Origin: Flavobacteriales bacterium
GTDB lineage: Bacteria > Bacteroidota > Bacteroidia > Flavobacteriales > BACL11
DNA: 45,090 bases
NCBI GenBank assembly: GCA_002696275.1
Contig: NZRO01000046.1
Coordinates: 8,578-53,667 of the forward strand
Direction: 5' to 3'
Shown here piece by piece: positions 21,645 to 30,430 of this stretch (positions are counted from its first letter, which is position 1; each line of letters starts with the position of its first letter). The position numbers were made by a program, and so were the translations under genes. Under the pieces are notes generated by a model that saw nothing but the letters and a program-made list of their open reading frames with translations, was not told the DNA's origin and searched no databases.

Positions 21645-22582
21645 TATTTTATTGTTTCTTTAATTTTATTAGCCAAATCTGCTTCTACAACATCCTTGGT
21701 CAAAGTAATCATATTTTTAATGGCAATTTCATTTGAGATTCCGTGCCCAATAATTACTGTTTTATTTAGCCCTAAAATAGGGGTCCCTCCATAGTTTTCG
21801 TAATTAAACCTCTTGAAATAATCGTCTTCACCCCCTCTTTTCTTTATGAGAGTATAAAATGCTTCCATTTCTTTTAACACAATATTTCCAGTAAAACCAT
21901 CACAAACAATAACATCTGAGTAATCAGAAAACAGGTCTCTACTTTCTATATTTCCTATAAAATTATAATCATTTGTACCCTCCATAATTGGATAAGTAGC
22001 TTGTGTTAACATATTTCCCTTTGTTTTCTCTTCCCCTAGGTTTAAAAGCCCAACCTTAGGATTAGAAATTCCACAAACATGCTTTGCAAATAAAGATCCT
22101 AAAACACCAAACTGATATAATACATCTGGTTTACAATCTGCATTTGCTCCAACATCGAGAAGAATACCGACCTTACCATTTTCTTTGGGAATAATAGTAG
22201 AAATACAAGGCCTTAAAACTCCACTTATTGCTTTGACAGAGAAAAACCCTCCAGCGAGCATAGCCCCTGTATTACCTGCAGATGCAAATCCATCTATTTT
22301 TCCGATAGATAAATAATGAAACCCTACAGAAATACTCGAGTTAGACTTTTGTTTTAATGCTTTTACAGCGTGTTCTCCCATGTCAATTACATCTGTGCAA
22401 TCAACAATATCAAAAATATTTTCCGAAAAATTATGAGATTTTAATTCAGTAAGAATTTTATTTTTATTTCCAAATAAAACTATTTTAGTTCCCTCAGGTA
22501 ATTCTTTCTGTGCTAATATTGCCCCATGCACAGTTTTTTGAGGAGCAAAATCTCCCCCCATGATATCTATTCCGATTCTCAT
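21644..22582 (-). CDS. plsX: Phosphate acyltransferase PlsX
   Basis: [37 protein letters not shown]. Confidence 0.97.
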   Translation of the reverse strand: MRIGIDIMGGDFAPQKTVHGAILAQKELPEGTKIVLFGNKNKILTELKSHNFSENIFDIVDCTDVIDMGEHAVKALKQKSNSSISVGFHYLSIGKIDGFASAGNTGAMLAGGFFSVKAISGVLRPCISTIIPKENGKVGILLDVGANADCKPDVLYQFGVLGSLFAKHVCGISNPKVGLLNLGEEKTKGNMLTQATYPIMEGTNDYNFIGNIESRDLFSDYSDVIVCDGFTGNIVLKEMEAFYTLIKKRGGEDDYFKRFNYENYGGTPILGLNKTVIIGHGISNEIAIKNMITLTKDVVEADLANKIKETIK

Positions 22583-22588
22583 ATAAAA

Positions 22589-22609
22589 TTTATAGTTGTA
22601 AACTATAAA
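22589..22609 (-). terminator. AT-rich hairpin between rpmF and plsX (weak terminator or processing site)
   Basis: Perfect 9-bp inverted repeat TTTATAGTT-GTA-AACTATAAA, followed on the minus strand by TTTTAT. Confidence 0.35.
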
Positions 22610-22614
22610 ATAAG

Positions 22615-22794
22615 TTATGAGTCAGAAAATAATTTTCCCTTATAGTAAATTTTCCCTTCGTGTTCATAGGCTCTATGATACAAGTGTGACTCCCCTGTTT
22701 CCTTACACACTTTAATTGTTTGTTCTGATGCCTTATAATGTGTTCTTCTTTTGTCTCTTCTTGTTTTTGAGATTTTTCGTTTTGGATGCGCCAT
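22615..22794 (-). CDS. rpmF: 50S ribosomal protein L32 (59 aa, absent from the ORF track)
   Basis: Manual translation [59 protein letters not shown]; canonical yceD-rpmF-plsX-fabH position. Confidence 0.97.
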   Translation of the reverse strand: MAHPKRKISKTRRDKRRTHYKASEQTIKVCKETGESHLYHRAYEHEGKIYYKGKLFSDS

Positions 22795-22800
22795 TTTGTT

Positions 22801-23313
22801 TTATATTAAATCTTTTATTTTATTTAAATCGTCCCATCTAGGGTCATTTATTTCTTCTCTCTCGGCATATTTATCTAATAACACCATCATTTCTTTGTCG
22901 CAAATGTCATTTCCTACTCCACTATGCTCTATTTTAGAAGGGATAGATAAAATAACCGCCTCGTAAATTAATTGTGAAATATCTAGGTAACTTTGGTTGG
23001 GTTGTATATAGATTATTTCATCTGTATCTTCCATTTCACTTTCGGTTTCTTGTAAAAAAACATCTATTGAATTTATAATCGATAGTTTTATACCTCCCGC
23101 ACACAAATCACAATTAAAATTTAAGATATTCCCTTCAATATTTAAAGATAACTTTAGCTTATTTCCATCTTTAAATAAATTACAATTAACTTTAATTTCT
23201 GAATCTGTTACCTCAGGTTTGACAAATGATTCAAAGAACTTTCCATTAATGTTGAAAAAATACTCATGATTACCATCTTTAATACCTGAAATTCTGATAT
23301 TATAATTGAGCAT
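22801..23313 (-). CDS. yceD: YceD/DUF177 family protein
   Basis: CDLC, IYEAVILSIP, DPRWDDL motifs; directly upstream of rpmF. Confidence 0.9.
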   Translation of the reverse strand: MLNYNIRISGIKDGNHEYFFNINGKFFESFVKPEVTDSEIKVNCNLFKDGNKLKLSLNIEGNILNFNCDLCAGGIKLSIINSIDVFLQETESEMEDTDEIIYIQPNQSYLDISQLIYEAVILSIPSKIEHSGVGNDICDKEMMVLLDKYAEREEINDPRWDDLNKIKDLI

Positions 23314-23334
23314 CTATTCAATTTTTATAGTTCG

Positions 23335-23342
23335 CAAATATA
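23335..23342 (-). promoter_or_regulatory. -7 element (TATATTTG) for the yceD-rpmF-plsX-fabH operon
   Basis: Reverse-strand TAnnTTTGCG 21 nt before the yceD ATG. Confidence 0.65.
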
Positions 23343-23371
23343 CTATTTTTTAACAAATGATGCTATAAATT

Positions 23372-24427
23372 CTAATCTTCTGATTTTTTGGGGTTTAAAG
23401 AGTTTTCTTTTAATGAAAAATAAGCCCTTCTTTTTTTAAGAATATCACAAGCTATAAATACAGACTCTCGAAAAGATTGTTCATTAGCAATATTTTTACC
23501 CGCAATATCATAGGCAGTGCCATGAACTGGAGAAGTTCTTACAATATTTAGTCCAGAAGTGTAATTTACGCCTTGAGAAAAGGAAAGTGTTTTAAAGGGA
23601 ATTAGTCCTTGATCATGATACATTGATAAAATTGCATCAAATCGATTTAAATTACTTGGAATAAAGAAACTGTCTGCGGGGTATGGGCCAAAAGATAGAA
23701 TATTATTAACTTCTTTTGATTTTTGTATTGCGGGAATAATTATTTTTTCCTCTTCTAAACCTAGCATTCCATCTTCCCCAGCATGAGGATTTAGCCCAAT
23801 AACCGCAATTTTAGGTCTTCGAATTCCAAAGTCCTGTATAAGAGTAGTATTTATACTTTTTAATTTTTCTGTAATCTTTTCTATTGTAAGTAACTTTGGA
23901 ACTTCAGATAGTGGCACATGAGAGGTTACAAATGCTATTTTCATATTATCACTTATCATCATCATAACTGCTTTTCCATTAAAATTTTGATCTAAGTATT
24001 CAGTATGACCGATAAAATCTTTTTGTATTTTTTGTATTGATGATTTGTTAATAGGAGAGGTAATTAATACATCTATATCATTGTTTTTTAATGATTCTTT
24101 CGCTTTTTCTAAGGAAATAAAGGCATATTTAGCAGATGCCTCTGTAGATTCTCCTAATTTTATTTCAACATCTTCATTCCAACAATTTAGAAGATTTGCT
24201 TGCTTCTCATTAACATCTTTAAATCTATCAATTATATTGAAGCTGAAATTTTTAATTTCATTTACCTTCCTGTGATAAGAAGCCACTTTTCCAGAACCAA
24301 AAACTATAGGGGTACAAAACTCCAACATTCTTTTGTCTATAAAAGTTTTACAGATTACCTCCATACCAACTCCATTAATATCTCCAATAGAAATACCAAC
24401 TCTTAATTTTTTTCTAAATTTTTCCAT
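23372..24427 (-). CDS. pdxA: 4-hydroxythreonine-4-phosphate dehydrogenase
   Basis: GDINGVG.E, GHTEYL, GLNPHAGE.G, MYHDQGLIP, RTSPVHGTAYDIAG. ATG at 24427 preferred. Confidence 0.96.
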   Translation of the reverse strand: MEKFRKKLRVGISIGDINGVGMEVICKTFIDKRMLEFCTPIVFGSGKVASYHRKVNEIKNFSFNIIDRFKDVNEKQANLLNCWNEDVEIKLGESTEASAKYAFISLEKAKESLKNNDIDVLITSPINKSSIQKIQKDFIGHTEYLDQNFNGKAVMMMISDNMKIAFVTSHVPLSEVPKLLTIEKITEKLKSINTTLIQDFGIRRPKIAVIGLNPHAGEDGMLGLEEEKIIIPAIQKSKEVNNILSFGPYPADSFFIPSNLNRFDAILSMYHDQGLIPFKTLSFSQGVNYTSGLNIVRTSPVHGTAYDIAGKNIANEQSFRESVFIACDILKKRRAYFSLKENSLNPKKSED

Positions 24428-25844
24428 TCGAGTATCTTTTTTTAACAAAATTGTACACTAATCTCACCCCCATTCCTGTAGCTCCTTTTCCCCTATATCC
24501 GTATTTTACCTTTGAATAAACACCTGGCATGTCAATATGAATCCAAGGGTAGTCTGTAAAATGAGACAAAAATTTTCCAGCAGTAATCGCTCCTCCGTAA
24601 GGACCTCCTAGGTTTTTAATATCCGCAATGTCTGATTTTATTAAATCATCATAATCTGACCAGAAAGGAAATTCTGCTAATCTTTCGTGCATTTCTTGGC
24701 CAGATTTTTTGAGTTCGGCGTGATCTTTTTCAGAATCTTTATGCATACTCACTAATCCGTAATGACCAATAGCAGCTACTGCTGCCCCAGTCAGAGTAGC
24801 AAAATCAATAACTAATTCAGGGTTATATTTTTTAGCATAAGATAGAGCATCTGCAAGTATCATTCTGCCTTCAGCATCTGTATTCAAAACTTCCACTTTT
24901 GTTCCATCATACATTGTAATGACATCACCAGGAGCGTAGGCATTTCCTGATGGCCTATTGTCTGTTGCGGGGACTAAAGCCACTATATGTACAGGAAGTT
25001 TGTTTGATGCAATCGCATTAATTGCTCCAATTACAGTTCCAGCTCCACCCATATCTATTTTCATTAAGTCCATAGAGTTTGCAGTAGGTTTTAAACTTAA
25101 TCCTCCCGTATCGTATACAACTCCTTTTCCTACTAATACAATAGGTTGCTTATTTTTTGCATTTTTTGGACTCCATTCCATAATAGTAAATGTTGGCTCG
25201 TCTAAACTTCCTTTGTTTACAGCTAATAACCCTCCCATTTTTATCCCTTCAATCTTCTTTTTATTAAAAACCGTTACTTTAATACCATTTTCTTTTCCAG
25301 ATATTTTAGCTTGGTTTGCAAGATCAATAGCAGTTAGATGAGAGAATGGTTGATTAATTAAATCTCTGGTAAAATAAACAGAATCTATTATGTTTTGTAA
25401 TTCAGAAATCTCACCATCAGAAACATTTATAAGAAAAATTTCTTTTAAGTTATTTGGTTTGGGATCAGACTTATGTTGAGTAAATGTATAGTTTGATAGA
25501 GATAACCCCTCTGCAATTAGTAAAATATCTTTAGATTTTTTGTTTGTAGCTGAGATTACCACTGATTTCTCTGCTCCAAAAGTCGTATGTAACTTATCTC
25601 CAATTAATCTTATAGTTTCATTTCGTTGATTTTTATTTTTCTGTGTTTTAGGGAAAATTAAAGATACAAATCTGTCGTATTGATTGATAGTTATAATTTC
25701 CTTTTCATTTTTCAACTCTTTTTTTATATGTTTTATCTCTTTATCAGAAAAATTTAATTCTGAGAAATTTTGTTTTTTATTTGTTAATAATATCAGATTA
25801 TCTTTTTCAGAAAATGATTTTTTCTTTTTGAGGATTGTTGTCAT
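24414..25844 (-). CDS. pepA: Leucyl aminopeptidase (M17)
   Basis: VGKGVVYDTGG, MKIDMGGA, NTDAEGR, ATLTGA. Confidence 0.95.
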   Translation of the reverse strand: MTTILKKKKSFSEKDNLILLTNKKQNFSELNFSDKEIKHIKKELKNEKEIITINQYDRFVSLIFPKTQKNKNQRNETIRLIGDKLHTTFGAEKSVVISATNKKSKDILLIAEGLSLSNYTFTQHKSDPKPNNLKEIFLINVSDGEISELQNIIDSVYFTRDLINQPFSHLTAIDLANQAKISGKENGIKVTVFNKKKIEGIKMGGLLAVNKGSLDEPTFTIMEWSPKNAKNKQPIVLVGKGVVYDTGGLSLKPTANSMDLMKIDMGGAGTVIGAINAIASNKLPVHIVALVPATDNRPSGNAYAPGDVITMYDGTKVEVLNTDAEGRMILADALSYAKKYNPELVIDFATLTGAAVAAIGHYGLVSMHKDSEKDHAELKKSGQEMHERLAEFPFWSDYDDLIKSDIADIKNLGGPYGGAITAGKFLSHFTDYPWIHIDMPGVYSKVKYGYRGKGATGMGVRLVYNFVKKRYSNGKI

Positions 25845-25852
25845 ATATTTAG

Positions 25853-25860
25853 TACTTTTG
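25853..25860 (+). promoter_or_regulatory. -7 element (TACTTTTG) for the mqnC operon
   Basis: TAnnTTTG 24 nt before the ATG at 25885. Confidence 0.55.
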
Positions 25861-25867
25861 GGGACTA

Positions 25868-25875
25868 CAAAATTA
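25868..25875 (-). promoter_or_regulatory. -7 element (TAATTTTG) for pepA-pdxA
   Basis: Reverse-strand TAnnTTTG 23 nt before the pepA ATG. Confidence 0.55.
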
Positions 25876-25884
25876 ATTAAATTT

Positions 25885-27009
25885 ATGAATAAGCAAGAGC
25901 TTATACAAAGAGCCTTAAATAAAGACTTTTTGTCTGCAGAGGAGGGACAGTTTCTATATGAAAATCTAGCAACTACAGAGTTAATGTGGATAGCACATGA
26001 GTTACGTCAGAAAGCGGTTCCAGGAAAAATTGTTACATGGCAAATAGATAGAAATGTTAATACCACTAATGCATGCGTTGCAAATTGTAAATTTTGTAAT
26101 TTTTTCAGGCCACCAAAACATCCTGAAGTGTATATAACCTCTATTAAGCAGTATAAGAAAAAAATAGATGAAACCGTTAAGTTTGGAGGAGATCAGATAT
26201 TAATTCAAGGCGGACACCACCCTGAATTAGGATTAGAATATTATTGTAATTTATTTAAAGAGTTAAAAGTGCTTTATCCCAATGTAAAACTACATGCCTT
26301 AGGCCCTCCTGAAATAGCTCATATTTGTAAGATTGATAATATTACATACAAACAGGCGTTAACAGCTTTAAAAGAGTCAGGAATGGATAGTTTACCTGGG
26401 GCAGGAGCTGAAATTTTGAACGATAGAGTAAGAAGGATAATTAGTACTGGTAAGTGTTCTGGGCAAGTTTGGTTAGATATTATGAGAGAAGCTCATAAGT
26501 TAGGAATCACTACTTCGGCAACTATGATGTTTGGACATGTGGAAACAATAGAGGAGAGGTTTGAACATTTAGTTTTGATTAGAAAAGTACAGTCTGAAAA
26601 GCCAAAAGGAACTAAAGGTTTTAATGCTTTTATACCTTGGCCATACATGGATGATGGAACTTTGTTACAGCGAGTAAAAGGAGTAAACAATTCTGTTTCT
26701 GATGATGAATATATCAGAACTCTAGCAATTAGCAGAATTATGCTTCCTAATATTAACAACATTCAAGCTTCTTGGCTTACGGTTGGACCTAAAACTGCAC
26801 AGATATGTTTACATGGCGGTGCTAATGATATGGGGTCTATTATGTTAGAAGAGAATGTAGTTTCTGTTGCAGGAGCTCCACACCGTTTTACTTCTAATGA
26901 TATACAAGAGTGTATTAGAGAAGCGGGATTTGAGCCTCAGCTCAGAAATCAGGAATATGATTTTAGAGAATTACCAGAAACTTTAGAACAACAAGTAATA
27001 GATTATTAA
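25885..27009 (+). CDS. mqnC: Cyclic dehypoxanthinyl futalosine synthase (CofH/MqnC radical SAM)
   Basis: IDRNVN.TN.CVANCKFC (CxxxCxxC), QGGHHP, PGAGAEIL, SATMMFGHVE, AFIPW, IQASW, GSIMLEENVVS.AG. True start is ATG 25885; the ORF-track extension is antisense to pepA. Confidence 0.9.
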   Translation: MNKQELIQRALNKDFLSAEEGQFLYENLATTELMWIAHELRQKAVPGKIVTWQIDRNVNTTNACVANCKFCNFFRPPKHPEVYITSIKQYKKKIDETVKFGGDQILIQGGHHPELGLEYYCNLFKELKVLYPNVKLHALGPPEIAHICKIDNITYKQALTALKESGMDSLPGAGAEILNDRVRRIISTGKCSGQVWLDIMREAHKLGITTSATMMFGHVETIEERFEHLVLIRKVQSEKPKGTKGFNAFIPWPYMDDGTLLQRVKGVNNSVSDDEYIRTLAISRIMLPNINNIQASWLTVGPKTAQICLHGGANDMGSIMLEENVVSVAGAPHRFTSNDIQECIREAGFEPQLRNQEYDFRELPETLEQQVIDY

Positions 27010-27010
27010 A

Positions 27011-27598
27011 ATGTTTACAGGAATTATTGAGAATGTTGCTAGAGTGGTTTCCTTAAAAAAGGAGGGAGAAAACTTACATATTAGTTGTTCTAGCATATTA
27101 GCAAGAGAGTTTAAAATTGACCAAAGTGTTTCCCATAATGGAGTGTGTTTAACAGTGATAGAAGTAAATAATGAAGAGTACACAGTAACCGCAGTAAAGG
27201 AAACTTTAAGATTAAGTAACTTGTCGCAATTGAAAGTAGGAGATGAGATAAATATTGAAAGGTGTATGCAGCTTGGAGGCAGATTAGATGGTCATATAGT
27301 ACAGGGACATGTCGATATTACAGCAAGTTGTACTGATATTCAAGATGAAGGGGGATCTTGGAAATTTGCATTTAAGCATAAAGAATCAGAACATTTTACT
27401 GTAGAAAAAGGATCCATTTGTGTAAATGGAGTTAGTTTAACGGTATGTAATTCTAAGGAAGATAGATTTTCAGTAGCAATTATTCCTTATACTTTTGAAA
27501 ACACGAATTTTAAAAATTTAAAAATTGGAGATAATGTAAATATTGAGTTTGATATTGTTGGAAAATATATCAGCAAGATGATCTATAAAGATTTTTAA
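27011..27598 (+). CDS. ribE: Riboflavin synthase (alpha chain)
   Basis: N-terminal MFTGII, NGVCLTV, GHIVQGHVD, NGVSLTV. Confidence 0.98.
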   Translation: MFTGIIENVARVVSLKKEGENLHISCSSILAREFKIDQSVSHNGVCLTVIEVNNEEYTVTAVKETLRLSNLSQLKVGDEINIERCMQLGGRLDGHIVQGHVDITASCTDIQDEGGSWKFAFKHKESEHFTVEKGSICVNGVSLTVCNSKEDRFSVAIIPYTFENTNFKNLKIGDNVNIEFDIVGKYISKMIYKDF

Positions 27599-27600
27599 AA

Positions 27601-28041
27601 ATGACAGAATCAAAACAAAAAAAATACGACAAAGCATATTTGAGAATGGCTTTAGAATGGGCAAAGCTTTCTCATTGTAAAAGAAAAAAGGTTGGGGCTA
27701 TTATTGTAAAAAATAGAATGATTATATCTGATGGATATAATGGAACCCCCTCAGGCTTTGACAATTGTTGTGAGGATGAAAATGGAAAAACACATTGGTT
27801 TGTATTACATGCTGAGGCTAATGCAATCCTAAAAACAGCCGGATCTACTCATGATTGTAGTGGAGCTACTTTATATCTTACTATGTCTCCTTGTAAGGAG
27901 TGTAGCAAATTAATTCATCAATCCGGCATAAAGAGATTAGTATATATAAATGCGTATAAAGATATATCTGGAATAGATTTTTTGATAGAAGCAGGCGTAG
28001 AGATTTGTAAACTAGATTTAAGTGAATTAGATGAAGAATAA
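27601..28041 (+). CDS. dCMP deaminase (ComEB family)
   Basis: VGAIIV, GYNG.P, HAEANA, SPCKEC. Confidence 0.93.
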   Translation: MTESKQKKYDKAYLRMALEWAKLSHCKRKKVGAIIVKNRMIISDGYNGTPSGFDNCCEDENGKTHWFVLHAEANAILKTAGSTHDCSGATLYLTMSPCKECSKLIHQSGIKRLVYINAYKDISGIDFLIEAGVEICKLDLSELDEE

Positions 28042-29557
28042 GAGTTATCGTCCAATTATTTATTCACTTATTCTAATTTTGGGAATATTCTTAGGAAAGT
28101 TTTTGATAAATGAAACCCCCTCACCACAAAATTCTAAATTAGATTCAATACTCCAATTAGTTCAAGAAAATTATGTAGATGGTTTTGACATTTCTGAACA
28201 TGAAGATGAAATTTTAATTGCTATTATGCGGGAACTAGACCCTCATTCTGGATATATCCCAAAAACAGAACAAAGTTATATGGAGGAGCAGATGAGTGGA
28301 AGTTTCAGTGGTGTTGGTATAGAGTTTAACATAATAAAGGATAGTTTGGTTGTAGTTTCCCCAATCTCTGGTGGGCCTTCTGAAAAATTAGGCATACTTT
28401 CTGGAGATAGAATTGTTGAGGTTGATGGTGAAGATTTTGCTTCAGTAGGCTTAACTAATACAGAGGTTATAGAAAAATTAAGAGGAGAAAAAGGATCGGA
28501 AGTATCAGTAAAAATTTACAGAAGAGGTGAAAAAGAATTATTAGAATACACCATAGAAAGAGGAGAGATTCCACTATATAGCGTAGATGCGTCTTTTATG
28601 ATAGATGAAGAGATTGGATATGTAAAAGTTAATCGTTTTTCTGCAACTACTAATGAGGAGTTCTATAATGCTACTAATAATCTCTTGACTTCTGGAATGA
28701 AAAAAATGGTTTTAGATTTAAGGGACAATCCTGGAGGCTATTTGGGTTCTGCAATATTTATGTGTAATGAATTTTTGGAGAAAGGAGAACTTATAGTATA
28801 TACGGAGGGAAAGTATAGAAGTAAAGAAGAAATATTTTCAGATGATGGAGGAAGTTTGAAGGACATAGAATTAGTAATTTTAATTAACGAAGGTTCCGCT
28901 TCAGCTTCTGAAATTGTATCCGGTTGTATCCAAGATTTGGACAGAGGAATATTAGTTGGGAATAGATCTTTTGGAAAAGGATTGGTTCAAGAAGAGATAC
29001 TATTAAATGATGGTTCTGCAGTTAGGATTACTACCCAAAGATATTATATTCCTTCAGGTAGAAGTATTCAGAAGCCTTACGATATGAGTGACAAGGAGTA
29101 TAATACGGAGATGTATACAAGGAACTTACAAAATGAAGAGCAAAATATACCAGACTCTTTAAAATATATCACAAAAAAAGGTAGAGTAGTATTTGGAGGG
29201 GGTGGAGTTACCCCAGACTCTATAATTAGTGTAGATGTAAGTTTGAATTATAGTGTGTTTAACAGATTGAGATCTAAAAATTGGATAACAGAATTTTGTT
29301 TGAATGAACAAAAATTCTTGGAAAATTTGGAGAGAATAAGTGATTTAGATGAAGATGTTTTGATGCAAAAATTTAGACTCTTTGTACAAAATAAAAACCC
29401 TGATTTTGATTTAAGTATGGGGAATAAAGAGCTTTTAGATTTAAAAAAATTTATAAAGGCAAATATCGCTAAAAACCTTTGGGGTAATGATACTTATTTT
29501 AAGGTGTTATCTGAAAAGGACGACTACATACAAAAAGCTATAGAGATATTAAATTAA
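28031..29557 (+). CDS. ctpA: C-terminal processing protease (S41A, PDZ)
   Basis: LDPHS, PDZ GVGIEF, DLRDNPGG, SASASEIV, SFGKGLVQ, GGGGVTPD. Confidence 0.95.
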   Translation: MKNKSYRPIIYSLILILGIFLGKFLINETPSPQNSKLDSILQLVQENYVDGFDISEHEDEILIAIMRELDPHSGYIPKTEQSYMEEQMSGSFSGVGIEFNIIKDSLVVVSPISGGPSEKLGILSGDRIVEVDGEDFASVGLTNTEVIEKLRGEKGSEVSVKIYRRGEKELLEYTIERGEIPLYSVDASFMIDEEIGYVKVNRFSATTNEEFYNATNNLLTSGMKKMVLDLRDNPGGYLGSAIFMCNEFLEKGELIVYTEGKYRSKEEIFSDDGGSLKDIELVILINEGSASASEIVSGCIQDLDRGILVGNRSFGKGLVQEEILLNDGSAVRITTQRYYIPSGRSIQKPYDMSDKEYNTEMYTRNLQNEEQNIPDSLKYITKKGRVVFGGGGVTPDSIISVDVSLNYSVFNRLRSKNWITEFCLNEQKFLENLERISDLDEDVLMQKFRLFVQNKNPDFDLSMGNKELLDLKKFIKANIAKNLWGNDTYFKVLSEKDDYIQKAIEILN

Positions 29558-29590
29558 AATACATTTCTATAATTGAGAAATTTTATCATT

Positions 29591-30391
29591 ATGAAACAAA
29601 TATGCACAAAATTAGTTGAGTCTAAAATATTTGAACAGTTTATTGTTTTAGTAATTCTAATTAATTGTCTTCTTATAGGAGTTGAGACTTATTTTACAAA
29701 TCCACTAATTCAATCTATTCAATTTATCGCTTTAATAATCTTTATTTTAGAGGTTTTTGTTAGGTATATTGCTAGTAAAAACACAAAGGAATATTTTAGT
29801 TCGGGATGGAATGTTTTTGATTTTTCTATTGTTTTGATTTGTTTGATTCCGCCTGATATTTTTGTTAACGCTAGCGTAGCTACTACTTTTAGAGTACTGA
29901 GAGTTTTTAGAGTTTTCCGTCTGCTAAAAACAAATACAGAGGTAAGACTCATAGTAAATGTTTTATGGAAATCAGTAAACACTCTTTTTTATAATTTCTT
30001 ATTCTTTCTTATATTTCTATATTTATTTGCAATAATCGGAGTTACTTTGTTTAAATTACCTGAGTCTCCAAAGCCTGAAACTAAAACTTATCAAAATCTT
30101 CAAGAATATGTTATTGAAGCTCCAAATGCTCCGGCAATATCTCCCGACCCCTATTATAATTTAAGTGAAACAATGTTTACTTTATTTAGAATATTAACTG
30201 GAGAGGACTGGACGGATATTAGATATAATTTAATTAAAGCTAGCGATAAAGGTTTGATTACTGTACCTTCATGGGTAATAACATCTTACCATGTAATTTG
30301 GTACATTCTATCCGCCTTTTTATTATTGAATCTTTTAGTAGGAGCAATATTAAATAATTATCAGTTAACCATGAAGGAGTATAAAAATTAA
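29591..30391 (+). CDS. Single-domain 6-TM voltage-gated cation channel (Ion_trans; BacNav/Cav-like)
   Basis: S2 FILE..VR; S3 GWNVFDF; S4 RVLRVFRVFRLLK; pore TLFRILTGEDWTD; S6 LLLNLLVGAILNN. ATG 29591 preferred over TTG 29573. Confidence 0.92.
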   Translation: MKQICTKLVESKIFEQFIVLVILINCLLIGVETYFTNPLIQSIQFIALIIFILEVFVRYIASKNTKEYFSSGWNVFDFSIVLICLIPPDIFVNASVATTFRVLRVFRVFRLLKTNTEVRLIVNVLWKSVNTLFYNFLFFLIFLYLFAIIGVTLFKLPESPKPETKTYQNLQEYVIEAPNAPAISPDPYYNLSETMFTLFRILTGEDWTDIRYNLIKASDKGLITVPSWVITSYHVIWYILSAFLLLNLLVGAILNNYQLTMKEYKN

Positions 30392-30395
30392 ACAA

Positions 30396-30403
30396 TACTT
30401 TTG
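30396..30403 (+). promoter_or_regulatory. -7 element (TACTTTTG) upstream of the EF-hand ORF
   Basis: TAnnTTTGCG in the 39-nt gap after the channel gene. Confidence 0.55.
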
Positions 30404-30430
30404 CGTTCACGGTCTAAATAAAAAAATAAT

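Noticed and set aside
22751-22966. 71-aa plus-strand ORF
   Set aside because: Antisense to rpmF and yceD
25684-25884. 67-aa N-terminal extension of the mqnC ORF
   Set aside because: Antisense to the pepA 5' end, Phe/Ser-rich shadow sequence, and upstream of the promoter motif; the real start is 25885
27601-28041. dCMP deaminase as a possible anti-phage dCTP deaminase
   Set aside because: Short single-domain ComEB-type protein in its usual position before ctpA; it lacks the kinase domain of defence deaminases
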